DNA of 64,000 bases from an uncultured Verrucomicrobiae bacterium (GCA_963702845.1 OY969763.1:864001-928000); one strand, 5' to 3'. Positions 28,400 to 38,471 are shown, counted from the first letter of the stretch. Notes: generated by a model not told the origin, from the sequence alone. Program-made: numbers and translations.

Positions 28400-31300
28400 C
28401 GAGCGATTGTGCTGTGAGTGGTAATGCGCTGGATTGCCCGCTACGGCGTGCTCTGACTTGGGCATCATACGCTGCGGTCGGGAAAACGATTAAAGTAGCC
28501 GATATTATTATGCTAAAAACGTTCTGCGTACACCTAGGTGCTGCATCGATCCTCGGTATTGGGGCTGTCACGGGCTTTTCTCAAACTCCGTTTATATTTA
28601 TCCAGCCGCAAAGCCAGAACGTCGCTGTGGGGGCAGACGTTTCGTTTTCTGTTACGGCGGCCAATGCTGGCGCCCCGCTTCCACCGGTCAGCTCCGGGAC
28701 ACTCAGCTTGTGGTTAAAAGCTGATACCGGTGTCGCTACCAATGCGAATGGCCAAGTGAGCCAATGGCGCGACCAGTCAGGAAATACAAACGACGCATTG
28801 CAGAGCAACAGCAATCTTCAGCCGAAACTGGTTACTCCCGCTAACTTAAACGGGATGCCGGCGGTGCGATTTGACGGCATTGCAAACACCACATTCGGTG
28901 ATTGTATGCAAGGCAGTGGGAACGTTGGTTTATCGAATGCATACACCTCATTCATGCTTTATCTGCTTAGGGATCCGTCTACCTCCAAGCAGGTGCCCGC
29001 CTATGTAGGTTACGGCACGACCTCAGGCGACGTGCGGGCGTACTTTGTTTACAATCAGGAAATGCGATGGGGCACGTATTACTACGATTACGGCAATCAC
29101 TTCATCGTGCCGACAAACACGTACCGCATTGCGACGCATCGCCTGAACACAAACGAAAACTTCTTCCAGCAGTTCGATGCAACTGCGACATCTAGCAGTA
29201 GTTTCAGTTTGGTGCCAAATAATTCGATTGTGACTCCGCCGGCGGGTTACGGACTGGGTGCGCTCAATACACCATTTGATTCTGGGTTTAATTTTGCTGG
29301 TGACATTGCCGAGTTGATTTATTTCCGAGGTTCGCTGAGCGATTCGGACAGGCAAGCGGTTGAAACCTATCTTAAACAAAAATATCTACTCTTAAGTGCG
29401 CAGGGGCCGTTTACATACCAGTGGCTGCTCAACAACACGAACATCACGGATGCGACGAATACAACGCTGACGTTGTCAAATGTTCAGATCTCGGATGCGG
29501 GGATTTATTCTGTTATTGTGACTGCTGCTTCCGGCTCAACGACCAGTTCTAATGCGGTTTTGAATGTCGGAATTGCTCCTTCGATCGCCACTCAGCCGGT
29601 AGGGCAAACGGTTGTTCAGTCAAACACCGTCGCCTTCTCGGTCGTCGCGAGCGGCACCGATCCGTTGTCTTATCAATGGTATTTCAATGGCAGCGCGATG
29701 GCGCAACAGACGAGCCCTTCGTTGTCTTTTACAAATGTTCAGCCTGCGAGCTCAGGCGCTTACTCGGTTGTCGTCAGCAACATCTTTGGTTCGGCGACGA
29801 GTTCAAATGCTGTGCTACAGGTAGACGCCCCGCCGCAAATGACGTCGCAACCGCAGACTGTAATGGCTGCCGTGGGTAGCACCGCAACTATCACTGCGAA
29901 TGCGATGGACGGTGCCGCGCCAACGTTGCCGGCGATCAGCTCTGGGACGTTGCGGCTGTGGTTGAAGGCGGATGCGGGGGTTGTCGCCAATAGTTCCGCT
30001 CAGGTGAGCGTTTGGCGCGATCAATCGGGGAATGCGAACGATGCGTCGCAGCCGAATAGCGCGCAACAGCCAGTGGTCGTTTATCCGATCGGCGGGAATG
30101 GCCAACCGGTATTGAGATTCGATGGCATTGAGAGTTCGACCACTGGCGACTTCCTGCAAGGCACGGGCGATGTCGGCCTTTCAAATGCATTTACTGCATT
30201 CCTTTATTATGCGGAGAATTCCACATTGGATTCGTACGGTTATGGCAAAGACATTGCCATGGTTGGGGTCCCGAACCCGTCATTTGCGGGCACTGGCCGT
30301 GGGTTTGCCGTTATTAACAATTACCTGACTTTTACGACGTGGGGTAACGATTATCAAACGTCAGTGAATCTGCCAATCGGGTCTTATCGCATCGCAACCC
30401 AAAGGTTTAATACCAATCAAAATGTCGCGGAGGTGTTTGATCGGACTATTACAAGCAGTAACGGATTTACGTTCTCGACTTCCGGACAGTCGATTCCCAG
30501 CGCAGGTTTTTACGTTGGCGGTTTGGGTTCGCAGATTCGCAATTTTGGGGGTGATGTTGGGGAGTTGATTTATTTCAGTGGCGCTTTGAACGACAGCGAC
30601 CGCCTCGCGGTGGAGCGATACCTGCAGCAGAAATATTATCAGGCAGCCGTCACCACTGGCCTCTCATATCAATGGCAATTCAACGGAACGGATTTGCCGG
30701 GCCAGACGAGTTCCAGCCTCGTTATCAGCAACGTGCAGTTCAGCGATGCGGGCAGCTACAATCTCGTTGTGACCAATACGGCTGGATCGACCACCAGTTC
30801 TAACGCGGTTGTGATTGTGGGTTTGACTCCGTCGATCAGTGCGCAGCCGCAGAACCAGGCAGTGCCAGTTGGCACGCTGGCTTCGTTTGCGGCGACGGCG
30901 TCAGGAACCGATCCGTTGAGTTATCAATGGAAGTTCAACGGCACGGCGATCGCGCTGGCGACGAGCTCAATGTTGAGTATTACCAATGCGCAGACGACGA
31001 ACAATGGCAGCTATACCGTTGTGATCACAAACCTGTTTGGAGCGGTCACGAGTTCGAATGCGACGCTTCGGGTTGATGTGTATCCGCAGATTCTGATGCA
31101 ACCTCAAAGCCAAACAGTCACGGCGGGGAACAACTCGACGTTCTCGGTAGGCACAGATGCTGTTCTTCCCGCGATTACGTCCGGAACTTTGCGCTTGTGG
31201 CTGAAGGGTGACGCAGGTGTTATCACGAATTCAAATAACCAAGTGAGTCAATGGACAGACCAGTCGCCAAACGGTAATAACGCCAGGCAGGCAAACAGTT

Positions 31301-33416
31301 CGCAGCAGCCGATTCTGGTTCGTCCGGCTGCGATCAATGGACGTCCAGCATTACGATTTGATGGAATCCAGAGCTCCTCGACGGGGGATTATTTGGTGGG
31401 GACTAATGATGTCGGCATCCCCGACGCATACACGTCATTCGTCGTTGCGGAGCCGTCGTCATTCTCCTCTGTAAACGTGGCGGCATTTGTCGGCGCGCCT
31501 GGCACCGTTGGCGCTGCTCGCGGCTACGCTCTGATCTCCGGTCAGCTCTATTTGACGACGTGGAACAACGACTATAACACCGGTTTTTCGCCGTCGGCGG
31601 GGACGTATCGAATTTGGACAGAGAGGTTCAACACCAATCGTACATTCGCTGAGATGTTTGACCGAACTTCAAGCGCGAGTAGCAACTTTAGCTGGACGGT
31701 CTCGAGCATCCAGACGCCATCGGCAGGTTACTATATTGGAGGACTTGGTGCGTTCATTCGTAGTTTTGGTGGCGATATCGCTGAGGTCATTTACTACAAA
31801 GGTTCGCTGAGCGATAGCGATCGGCTGGCGGTGGAGACTTATCTTCGCCAGAAGTATTATCAGGCGATCCCACTTAGCGGTCTCACGTACCAATGGCAAC
31901 TCAATGGTTCGAACATCACGGATGCAACAAATTCCAGCCTGACGATTTCGAACGCGCAGCCTGCGAACGCCGGGACATATACGGTGACTGTTTGCAACGG
32001 GAGCGCCTGCATTACCGGTTCCAACGCGACGTTGACCGTGAATATTCCTCCGTCCATCACACAACAACCGGTTGGCCAGTCTGTGATTGTTGGCACAAGC
32101 GCAAGCTTTTCCGCGAACGGCGACGGCACTGCGCCGTTGAGCTATCAATGGCAACATAACGGCGCAAATATTTCAGGTGCGACTACGACATCGTTGAGCA
32201 TTGCGAGTGCCCAGCAATCGGATGCCGGGTCGTATGCACTCGTGGTGAGCAGCCCGTATGGGAGCGCGACCAGTTCCAGCGCCGTTCTGGGTGTTATCAC
32301 ATCCACCGTCATTGCCGGGAATGTAAGCGCCTCGGGTTCGAGCACGGTCAGCCTGCCGATTTTGCTTTCGGCGCTTGGCAACGAGAACGCGGTTGGGTTT
32401 AGTTTAAACTTCGACCCGACGTTGTTGAGTGTGGCGTCGGTGAATGTGGGATCCAACCTGACTGCCGCGACCGTGTTTTACAACACGGCAAACAGCGGAC
32501 ATGCAGGCATTGCGGTTTCGTTGAGTTCAGGAAATACATTTGCCGTGGGGGCTCAGGAGATGGTGGTGGTGGTGTTTAACGTTGGATTGGTGGCAACGAA
32601 CGTGGTTACGCCAATCAGTTTCGGAGATACGCCGACTCTACGTGAAATCTCCGACCCGTCGCCGAAACTTCTGCCCGGCACCTATATCGCTGGATCGGTG
32701 ACGTTGACGGCGACAGCATTTGAAGGCGATGTGTCGCCGCGACCGGGCGGTGACCAACGCGTCGGCATAACGGACTGGGTGCAGGTGGGCCGATTTGTTG
32801 CCGGATTGGATACTGTGAGCAGCCCGAGTGAATTTCAGCGAGTTGACTGTGCCCCGCGCAATGGCTCTGGCAATGGCAAGTTGACCGTCAGCGACTGGGT
32901 CCAGGCGGGCCGTTACTTTATTGGACTTGATCCTTTAACACCTGTTGGTGGCCCAACTACTCCAATCGGAAACGCGATTGTGCAACCGCGCATTCCGACT
33001 TCCCGGACGATCGCGCTGCAAACCGGAACGACGAGCGGCATTACAAATGTCGTCAGTGTGCAATTGAATGCGCAAGGTGACGAAAGCGCGGTCGGCTTCA
33101 GCCTGTCATTTGATTATACCCAACTTCGGTTCACTGGCGCATCGGTCGGCAGCAGCGCTTCGGGCGCGAGCATGAACGTAAATTCGGTGCAGGCCACCAA
33201 TGGAACGCTTGGCGTTGCTCTTGAACTGCCGTTCGGCCAGAGCTTTCCTGCCGGCACCCAGGAAGTCGTACGTTTGAATTTCGTGCCGATTGTTTACGCG
33301 CCGGGCAGTTCGAATATTACGTTCACCGACTGGCCGGTGATACGCGAAGTGTCTGACGCGACTGCAAACTCGTTGAGTGCGAACTATGTGAATAGCACAG
33401 TGGCAACAACTGGATT
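26570..33416 (+). repeat. ~1.6 kb near-identical direct repeat (26570-~28185 and 31801-~33416; offset 5231 bp)
   Basis: Long identical DNA runs, e.g. gagaacgcggttgggtttagtttaaacttcgacccgacgttgtt and gatcctttaacacctgttggtggcccaactactccaatcggaaacgcg occur in both genes. Confidence 0.9.
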
Positions 33417-33627
33417 GTTGCCGTTGCTCTCGATCACACAAGATGGCGCAGGGAACGTGACCCTTTCGTGGACGGCGTCCGCCAACGGTTACGGACTGGA
33501 ATCAGTTTCTGACCTGGCTACGAACTGGTTGCCGGTCTCGGCCAGCGTCGTAACCAATGGTGCCAATGTATTTGTCATCCAATCGGCGGCAACGAACCAG
33601 TTATACTTCCGGTTGCGTCATCCGTAG
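28510..33627 (+). CDS. Paralogous large secreted Ig/ConA-like/cohesin-dockerin-cohesin protein
   Basis: ATG 28510 gives a signal peptide. Same architecture as the upstream gene but without the free LamG domain. Confidence 0.85.
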   Translation: MLKTFCVHLGAASILGIGAVTGFSQTPFIFIQPQSQNVAVGADVSFSVTAANAGAPLPPVSSGTLSLWLKADTGVATNANGQVSQWRDQSGNTNDALQSNSNLQPKLVTPANLNGMPAVRFDGIANTTFGDCMQGSGNVGLSNAYTSFMLYLLRDPSTSKQVPAYVGYGTTSGDVRAYFVYNQEMRWGTYYYDYGNHFIVPTNTYRIATHRLNTNENFFQQFDATATSSSSFSLVPNNSIVTPPAGYGLGALNTPFDSGFNFAGDIAELIYFRGSLSDSDRQAVETYLKQKYLLLSAQGPFTYQWLLNNTNITDATNTTLTLSNVQISDAGIYSVIVTAASGSTTSSNAVLNVGIAPSIATQPVGQTVVQSNTVAFSVVASGTDPLSYQWYFNGSAMAQQTSPSLSFTNVQPASSGAYSVVVSNIFGSATSSNAVLQVDAPPQMTSQPQTVMAAVGSTATITANAMDGAAPTLPAISSGTLRLWLKADAGVVANSSAQVSVWRDQSGNANDASQPNSAQQPVVVYPIGGNGQPVLRFDGIESSTTGDFLQGTGDVGLSNAFTAFLYYAENSTLDSYGYGKDIAMVGVPNPSFAGTGRGFAVINNYLTFTTWGNDYQTSVNLPIGSYRIATQRFNTNQNVAEVFDRTITSSNGFTFSTSGQSIPSAGFYVGGLGSQIRNFGGDVGELIYFSGALNDSDRLAVERYLQQKYYQAAVTTGLSYQWQFNGTDLPGQTSSSLVISNVQFSDAGSYNLVVTNTAGSTTSSNAVVIVGLTPSISAQPQNQAVPVGTLASFAATASGTDPLSYQWKFNGTAIALATSSMLSITNAQTTNNGSYTVVITNLFGAVTSSNATLRVDVYPQILMQPQSQTVTAGNNSTFSVGTDAVLPAITSGTLRLWLKGDAGVITNSNNQVSQWTDQSPNGNNARQANSSQQPILVRPAAINGRPALRFDGIQSSSTGDYLVGTNDVGIPDAYTSFVVAEPSSFSSVNVAAFVGAPGTVGAARGYALISGQLYLTTWNNDYNTGFSPSAGTYRIWTERFNTNRTFAEMFDRTSSASSNFSWTVSSIQTPSAGYYIGGLGAFIRSFGGDIAEVIYYKGSLSDSDRLAVETYLRQKYYQAIPLSGLTYQWQLNGSNITDATNSSLTISNAQPANAGTYTVTVCNGSACITGSNATLTVNIPPSITQQPVGQSVIVGTSASFSANGDGTAPLSYQWQHNGANISGATTTSLSIASAQQSDAGSYALVVSSPYGSATSSSAVLGVITSTVIAGNVSASGSSTVSLPILLSALGNENAVGFSLNFDPTLLSVASVNVGSNLTAATVFYNTANSGHAGIAVSLSSGNTFAVGAQEMVVVVFNVGLVATNVVTPISFGDTPTLREISDPSPKLLPGTYIAGSVTLTATAFEGDVSPRPGGDQRVGITDWVQVGRFVAGLDTVSSPSEFQRVDCAPRNGSGNGKLTVSDWVQAGRYFIGLDPLTPVGGPTTPIGNAIVQPRIPTSRTIALQTGTTSGITNVVSVQLNAQGDESAVGFSLSFDYTQLRFTGASVGSSASGASMNVNSVQATNGTLGVALELPFGQSFPAGTQEVVRLNFVPIVYAPGSSNITFTDWPVIREVSDATANSLSANYVNSTVATTGLLPLLSITQDGAGNVTLSWTASANGYGLESVSDLATNWLPVSASVVTNGANVFVIQSAATNQLYFRLRHP

Positions 33628-33651
33628 GGTGTCGGTTAAACCGCTCTCACA

Positions 33652-36138
33652 TCACGGGACAACTTTGACACGATAAAATGTCGAAGTTGTGCCCGCTGAA
33701 ACATCCGTAAACGACATGGTGGAGCCTAGTCCAGCAGGAGCCGGGTCGGTTTCGGCCGCCGCGCTTCGGACGATATCCGTAAACGGTTGACTGAGGCCGG
33801 TGGTGTATTGAACGCGATAACGCGTTCCACCAGTTGATTCCCAACTCAAATTGAACTGGCCGTTTGGCTGCCTGGTTGCGGACAACACTTTGAAGTTCGG
33901 CAGATGAAAATCGAATTCGCCCACAGTCAAAGCGCGTTGTTCAAAGCGGATTCGATCGATGTACCCCGTGAACCAATTTGCGCCTTCAGAACCGGCGCCG
34001 ACGGTGAGTGCGGATTCGGTTCGAAAGCCGGCGCCATTGGTGTAAGCAACGGTAGCGGCGAGCCCGGCGTCGATATAAAACTTCATATTGACGCCATCGG
34101 TGTGAACGACCGCGACATGATGCCATTTACCATCGTTAGGGATGGTGGCGGAGGAGGGGATATCTTTGATTTTGAAAGTAGTCGTGTGCAAAGTTCGATT
34201 GGTATTGATCGACAACGAGAATCCCGGGCGTCGTTCGTATTGAAACAAAATAGCGCGCTGCGCCGGTGTATAATTCAGTGGCAATTGCACCCACGCCTGC
34301 AACGTGTAGTTGTCGTTCACGCCATTGGTGCCGATGATTTGATTTGGATCTGCGATGGTGAGCTGTTTTGTGCCATCAAAATATAGCGACGAATCCCCAG
34401 CCAACCCGGTCGCAGAATTCGTGCTCCACACCGGTGCATTTGTTCCGAAGCTTCCGGATAAGCCGCCAATCACGTCGGTGACTTTTGTCCCAGTGCCTTC
34501 ATTGAGGGGAAGATAAAAGGCTGGTGAATGGTTCGTGAAATTCGACACAGAGAATTGCGCCATGACGCAAAAATGGTCTGATGCTTCGAGTGTATAACCG
34601 ACGGAGGCGTTGGTCGGGGTGATGCCCGCGCCTTTTGCTTTCCAGATGTAATCGATGCGCGCGCGCAGACCGTCGACGGGATCAGGCGGGCAGGGAACCG
34701 TGCGGCCTAACGATCCATCTCCCGCACTGGGCCAAACATCGATCCACTTCTGTTGCATCAAATTGTAGATAGGAGAGTCAGGGGTGTCGTTAAAATCGCC
34801 GCAAAAGAAGACCGGCAACGTTTCATCGGCAATCCATTGATTGAAATCCGTGCCGCACATCAGACGTTCCGTGCTGTCTGCGTGAAAATCCAGATGTGTG
34901 ACCCAGAACGACAGAAATTTGCCATTCACGTCCACGACCGCTTTTAGCCAGCCTCGTTGCTCGTTACCGCCGACATTGGGCAAGAGGCGGTGGTCACGCG
35001 TGAGGACAGGAAATTTGGAAAGGATGGCGTTTCCAAATTGATCATTGCCGGTCAAGGCGGTGTCGTTATTGCTGAAGACGAGGGTCATGCCTGTTTCCTG
35101 GGCGAGTTCACCGATAGTATCGCGGCCGTCGGCCCGCGGCATAAACCGGGCAACTTCATTGAGCGACACCAGATCGACATTTTGAGAAATGATGAAGTTT
35201 GCGATGCGCTGCGTGTTGACTTTGTTATCGGGCCCGACCGCGGAGTGAATATTATAAGTCATCACGCGCACGACCGAACTGGTATTGGCATTGCTCAACG
35301 TGGGATTCAGCTTCAACGAAAAATCATCGTAAGTAACCGGGCCGGCGCTGCCGGCGATATCCCACATAATATGTCGTGCTGGTCCATTGAAGCGCCAACC
35401 GTTGGGCAAGTCGGTATCCATGTCGGTATCATAGATCCACGAGTTGCCGCCATTGAGGGAGAGTTGCACTCGAGAATTGAACGACGAGGTTTCGCTGCCC
35501 GCATCGGTCACGCGCATCAGCAGTATAATATCGTTGCCGTATGTGTTTGGCGTCAGTGTGGTGATGGCGCTATTCAAATCCGTGGCCAGACCGGAGGAGC
35601 CGGTGTCGATGCGTTTGCCGAGGGTATAGAAGGTGTCACTGCTGCTGGCGCGATACAGTTGAACACCGAAGTCCCACGTGGTCGCATCGCCTTCAGCGGT
35701 GCCGAGCGCGAACGAGAAACGCTGACTGCCACTGGAGTTATTGTTCATCGTGATGCCGATGTCGTAAATAACAGGGTTGCTCGGCGTGGCAGCGGCAATC
35801 CCGAGCGCTGATGAAAAGTCGAACGAGGCAGCGCCGTCGGCGGAGAGGACGAACCGTCCGGAATTCGTGACTGACGTCACCTGAAGTTCGTTTCCGACAA
35901 TCGAATAGGCGCTGGTCGCTTTGGTTCCAGTGTTGATATAGCGCAGATTGGTTTTTGCGGAACCGGTTAGCCGCGTCGTGGGAGGGTTGATGCCGGAGTT
36001 AATACCAGCGTTCAGATTAAAGCCAGTACCCGAGCCTGTGACATTGAAATTGTCGCTGACGATTGTGGTGACCGCCACGCACGGTATCGAACAAACGACC
36101 AGAACGACAAACCAAAGCCATGGACGTACGTTATTCAT
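33652..36138 (-). CDS. Secreted endonuclease/exonuclease/phosphatase (EEP) domain protein with LamG domain
   Basis: Signal peptide from ATG 36138; RVMTYNIH, DLVSLNEV, GNAILSK, VTHLD, GDFN, RIDYIW and ASDH; LamG NDGKWHHVAVV...IDRIRF. Confidence 0.87.
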   Translation of the reverse strand: MNNVRPWLWFVVLVVCSIPCVAVTTIVSDNFNVTGSGTGFNLNAGINSGINPPTTRLTGSAKTNLRYINTGTKATSAYSIVGNELQVTSVTNSGRFVLSADGAASFDFSSALGIAAATPSNPVIYDIGITMNNNSSGSQRFSFALGTAEGDATTWDFGVQLYRASSSDTFYTLGKRIDTGSSGLATDLNSAITTLTPNTYGNDIILLMRVTDAGSETSSFNSRVQLSLNGGNSWIYDTDMDTDLPNGWRFNGPARHIMWDIAGSAGPVTYDDFSLKLNPTLSNANTSSVVRVMTYNIHSAVGPDNKVNTQRIANFIISQNVDLVSLNEVARFMPRADGRDTIGELAQETGMTLVFSNNDTALTGNDQFGNAILSKFPVLTRDHRLLPNVGGNEQRGWLKAVVDVNGKFLSFWVTHLDFHADSTERLMCGTDFNQWIADETLPVFFCGDFNDTPDSPIYNLMQQKWIDVWPSAGDGSLGRTVPCPPDPVDGLRARIDYIWKAKGAGITPTNASVGYTLEASDHFCVMAQFSVSNFTNHSPAFYLPLNEGTGTKVTDVIGGLSGSFGTNAPVWSTNSATGLAGDSSLYFDGTKQLTIADPNQIIGTNGVNDNYTLQAWVQLPLNYTPAQRAILFQYERRPGFSLSINTNRTLHTTTFKIKDIPSSATIPNDGKWHHVAVVHTDGVNMKFYIDAGLAATVAYTNGAGFRTESALTVGAGSEGANWFTGYIDRIRFEQRALTVGEFDFHLPNFKVLSATRQPNGQFNLSWESTGGTRYRVQYTTGLSQPFTDIVRSAAAETDPAPAGLGSTMSFTDVSAGTTSTFYRVKVVP

Positions 36139-36273
36139 CGCGTGACCAATGAGGTTACACTGACGGGTGTCCAAGGAACACTACCGAATTTTAGGGTGGT
36201 GAGAAACCATACTGGTTTTCCCTGAGACTGCATGACTTGCCGTGCGACTAGTTTTCTCTAAACTGCACCCGTT

Positions 36274-37530
36274 GTGAAACAAACCTATGACAGTATCATA
36301 ATCGGCGGGGGGCCCGGCGGAAGCACCGCGGGAACGCTGCTGGCAAAGCGCGGGCAAAGGGTGTTGCTTCTGGAAAAGGAAGTGTTTCCTCGGTTTCACA
36401 TCGGCGAATCCTTACTGCCCTATAACTTTCCAATTTTCGATGAACTTGGTGTGATGCCTGCGTTGAACGCCGCGGGGTTTCCGAAGAAATTCGGAGCGCA
36501 GTTTGAACTGGCCGACAAATCCCGGTGGGTTGGTTTCGTTTTCAAGCAGGGCAGATTCACCAAGCACACGCAAGCGATGCAGGTGGAGCGTGCGAAGTTT
36601 GATCACATTTTACTTAAGAACGCCGCGGCCAGCGGAGTTGAGGTGCGTGAGGGCTGGACAGTCCACCGATTTGATTCGGTTGAAAACGGCATGACGGTTC
36701 TGGCCACGGGGCCAAAGGGAGAGAAGGAAACGTTTTGCGCGGACTGGCTGATTGATGCAAGCGGGCGCGGGAATCTGACCGGTAACCAGGAAGGTTTGCG
36801 CGTGATGCATCCCGGGCTGAAAAAACTCGCGATCTTTGGACATTACTTGAACGTCCGCCTCGACGCTGGCGAACGCGCCGGCGATACAGTCGTTATTCGT
36901 TTGAACAACAAATGGTTTTGGGTCATTCCCGTATCCGCAGAAAAGACGAGCGTTGGTTGCGTGATGGACAAAGAAGAGTTCGGGCAATGGAAAGGTTCGC
37001 CGGAAGAATTGTTCAATCACATTGTGCAGAACAATCCCGCGGTGCTCGATCGGATGAAGAATGCGCAACGCGTCGACGAAGTCCACGTCACCGCAGATTT
37101 CTCTTATAAGAACCGGCGGCTTTATGGACCACGATTATTGCGTGTCGGTGATGCCGCGGGATTTTTGGATCCGATTTTTTCGTCGGGAGTGTTTATTGCG
37201 ATGCGGTCCGCGAAACTCGCGGTGGAGGCAATCGAAGAAGCAACCAAACGCGGCAACAGCACCAAACCATTCCAGCGTTACGAGAAGGAGGTTTTTGCCG
37301 GCATGGATTTCTATTGGGAGATGGTTGAAAAGTTCTACACCACACCGTTCATGGAAATTTTCATGAACCCTCGCGAGAAGTTCGATTTGCCGGCGGCGGT
37401 GAACGCGGCGCTCGCGGGCGAGTTGTCCGGTAACTGGTCGTTGCGCTGGCGGATGCGGCTGTTCTTTTTACTCGTCAGTATTCAGGCCCGCAAACGACTT
37501 GCACCGGCTATTGTGTTTCGAGACCAGTGA
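36274..37530 (+). CDS. FAD-dependent oxidoreductase, flavin-dependent halogenase family
   Basis: GGGPGGS, FPRFHIGESLLP, FPKKFGA, WFWVIP (WxWxIP) and GDAAGFLDPIFSSGV. Confidence 0.85.
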   Translation: MKQTYDSIIIGGGPGGSTAGTLLAKRGQRVLLLEKEVFPRFHIGESLLPYNFPIFDELGVMPALNAAGFPKKFGAQFELADKSRWVGFVFKQGRFTKHTQAMQVERAKFDHILLKNAAASGVEVREGWTVHRFDSVENGMTVLATGPKGEKETFCADWLIDASGRGNLTGNQEGLRVMHPGLKKLAIFGHYLNVRLDAGERAGDTVVIRLNNKWFWVIPVSAEKTSVGCVMDKEEFGQWKGSPEELFNHIVQNNPAVLDRMKNAQRVDEVHVTADFSYKNRRLYGPRLLRVGDAAGFLDPIFSSGVFIAMRSAKLAVEAIEEATKRGNSTKPFQRYEKEVFAGMDFYWEMVEKFYTTPFMEIFMNPREKFDLPAAVNAALAGELSGNWSLRWRMRLFFLLVSIQARKRLAPAIVFRDQ

Positions 37531-38471
37531 TAGCAAACCAAACAACGGCTGTAGCGGATCTCAAAACCGAAATGACCTCCGGGCAATCAGCGCCTGCGAA
37601 ACCTTCCTCTGTTTACAATGCACGGTTGTGGCGAATGGGCCTGGCGGCTGCTGCGGCGCTACCTTCCGGTTTGCTGCGCACAATTGCTGGCAGCGCTTCA
37701 GCGATGTACGCGAAAGCCAAGCCTGCACGCCGGGAGATCGTCGTGAACAATTTGCTGCCCGTGCTCGGTTCTCGTCAGGAAGCGGAACAAGCGGCGACGA
37801 AAATGTTTCGGAATCTTGGCGCCAAAGTAGCGGATGTTTTGCGATGCGAAGCCGGAAAGCCTGCGCGCGCGATGCTGGCGGAATTAATAAATGCCGAGCA
37901 CGTGCTCGAAACGCAAGCGCGAGGGCAGGGCACATTGATTGTGACACCGCATCTCGGCAACTGGGAATTTGGCGGCTATATACTCGCAGAGCGCGGCGTC
38001 AAGCTGCACGTGGTCACTTTAGTGGAGCCGGGTGAAGGTTTGACCGAACTACGTCAGAGCTGTCGCGCACGGTCGGGCATCGAAACGATCGTCATTGGCG
38101 AAGATCCATTCGCAATCGTGGAGGTGATCAAGCGGCTGCAGGAGGGCGGCACCATGGCGCTGCTGATCGATCGCCCGCCGAAATCGGTCGCCACAACGGT
38201 AGAATTTTTTGGAAAGCCATTTGTGGCCGCGATAGCCGCTGCTGAGTTGGCGCGGGCAACAGGCTGCGTTATTGCGCCGGTCATTATTCCGCGTGTGAAG
38301 AACGGTTATCGGGTCGAGCTCCTCCCGACGATCGGATATGACCGCGCCGCGCTGAATGATCGTGGAGCACGGCAGCAGTTGACTCAAAACATCATGCGCG
38401 CATTTGAGCCGAGCGTCCGAAAGTACGCCGACCAATGGTATCACTTCACTCCGATTTGGCCTAAATCATGA
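37527..38471 (+). CDS. Lysophospholipid/lipid A acyltransferase family (LpxL-like)
   Basis: TPHLGNWE, ALLIDR, VEFFGK and DQWYHF. GTGA coupling with the upstream gene. Confidence 0.85.
   Translation: MIANQTTAVADLKTEMTSGQSAPAKPSSVYNARLWRMGLAAAAALPSGLLRTIAGSASAMYAKAKPARREIVVNNLLPVLGSRQEAEQAATKMFRNLGAKVADVLRCEAGKPARAMLAELINAEHVLETQARGQGTLIVTPHLGNWEFGGYILAERGVKLHVVTLVEPGEGLTELRQSCRARSGIETIVIGEDPFAIVEVIKRLQEGGTMALLIDRPPKSVATTVEFFGKPFVAAIAAAELARATGCVIAPVIIPRVKNGYRVELLPTIGYDRAALNDRGARQQLTQNIMRAFEPSVRKYADQWYHFTPIWPKS

Noticed and set aside
26570..33416. Paired long repeats considered as a diversity-generating retroelement TR/VR pair
   Set aside because: No reverse transcriptase is present, both copies are coding, and the differences are not adenine-specific.
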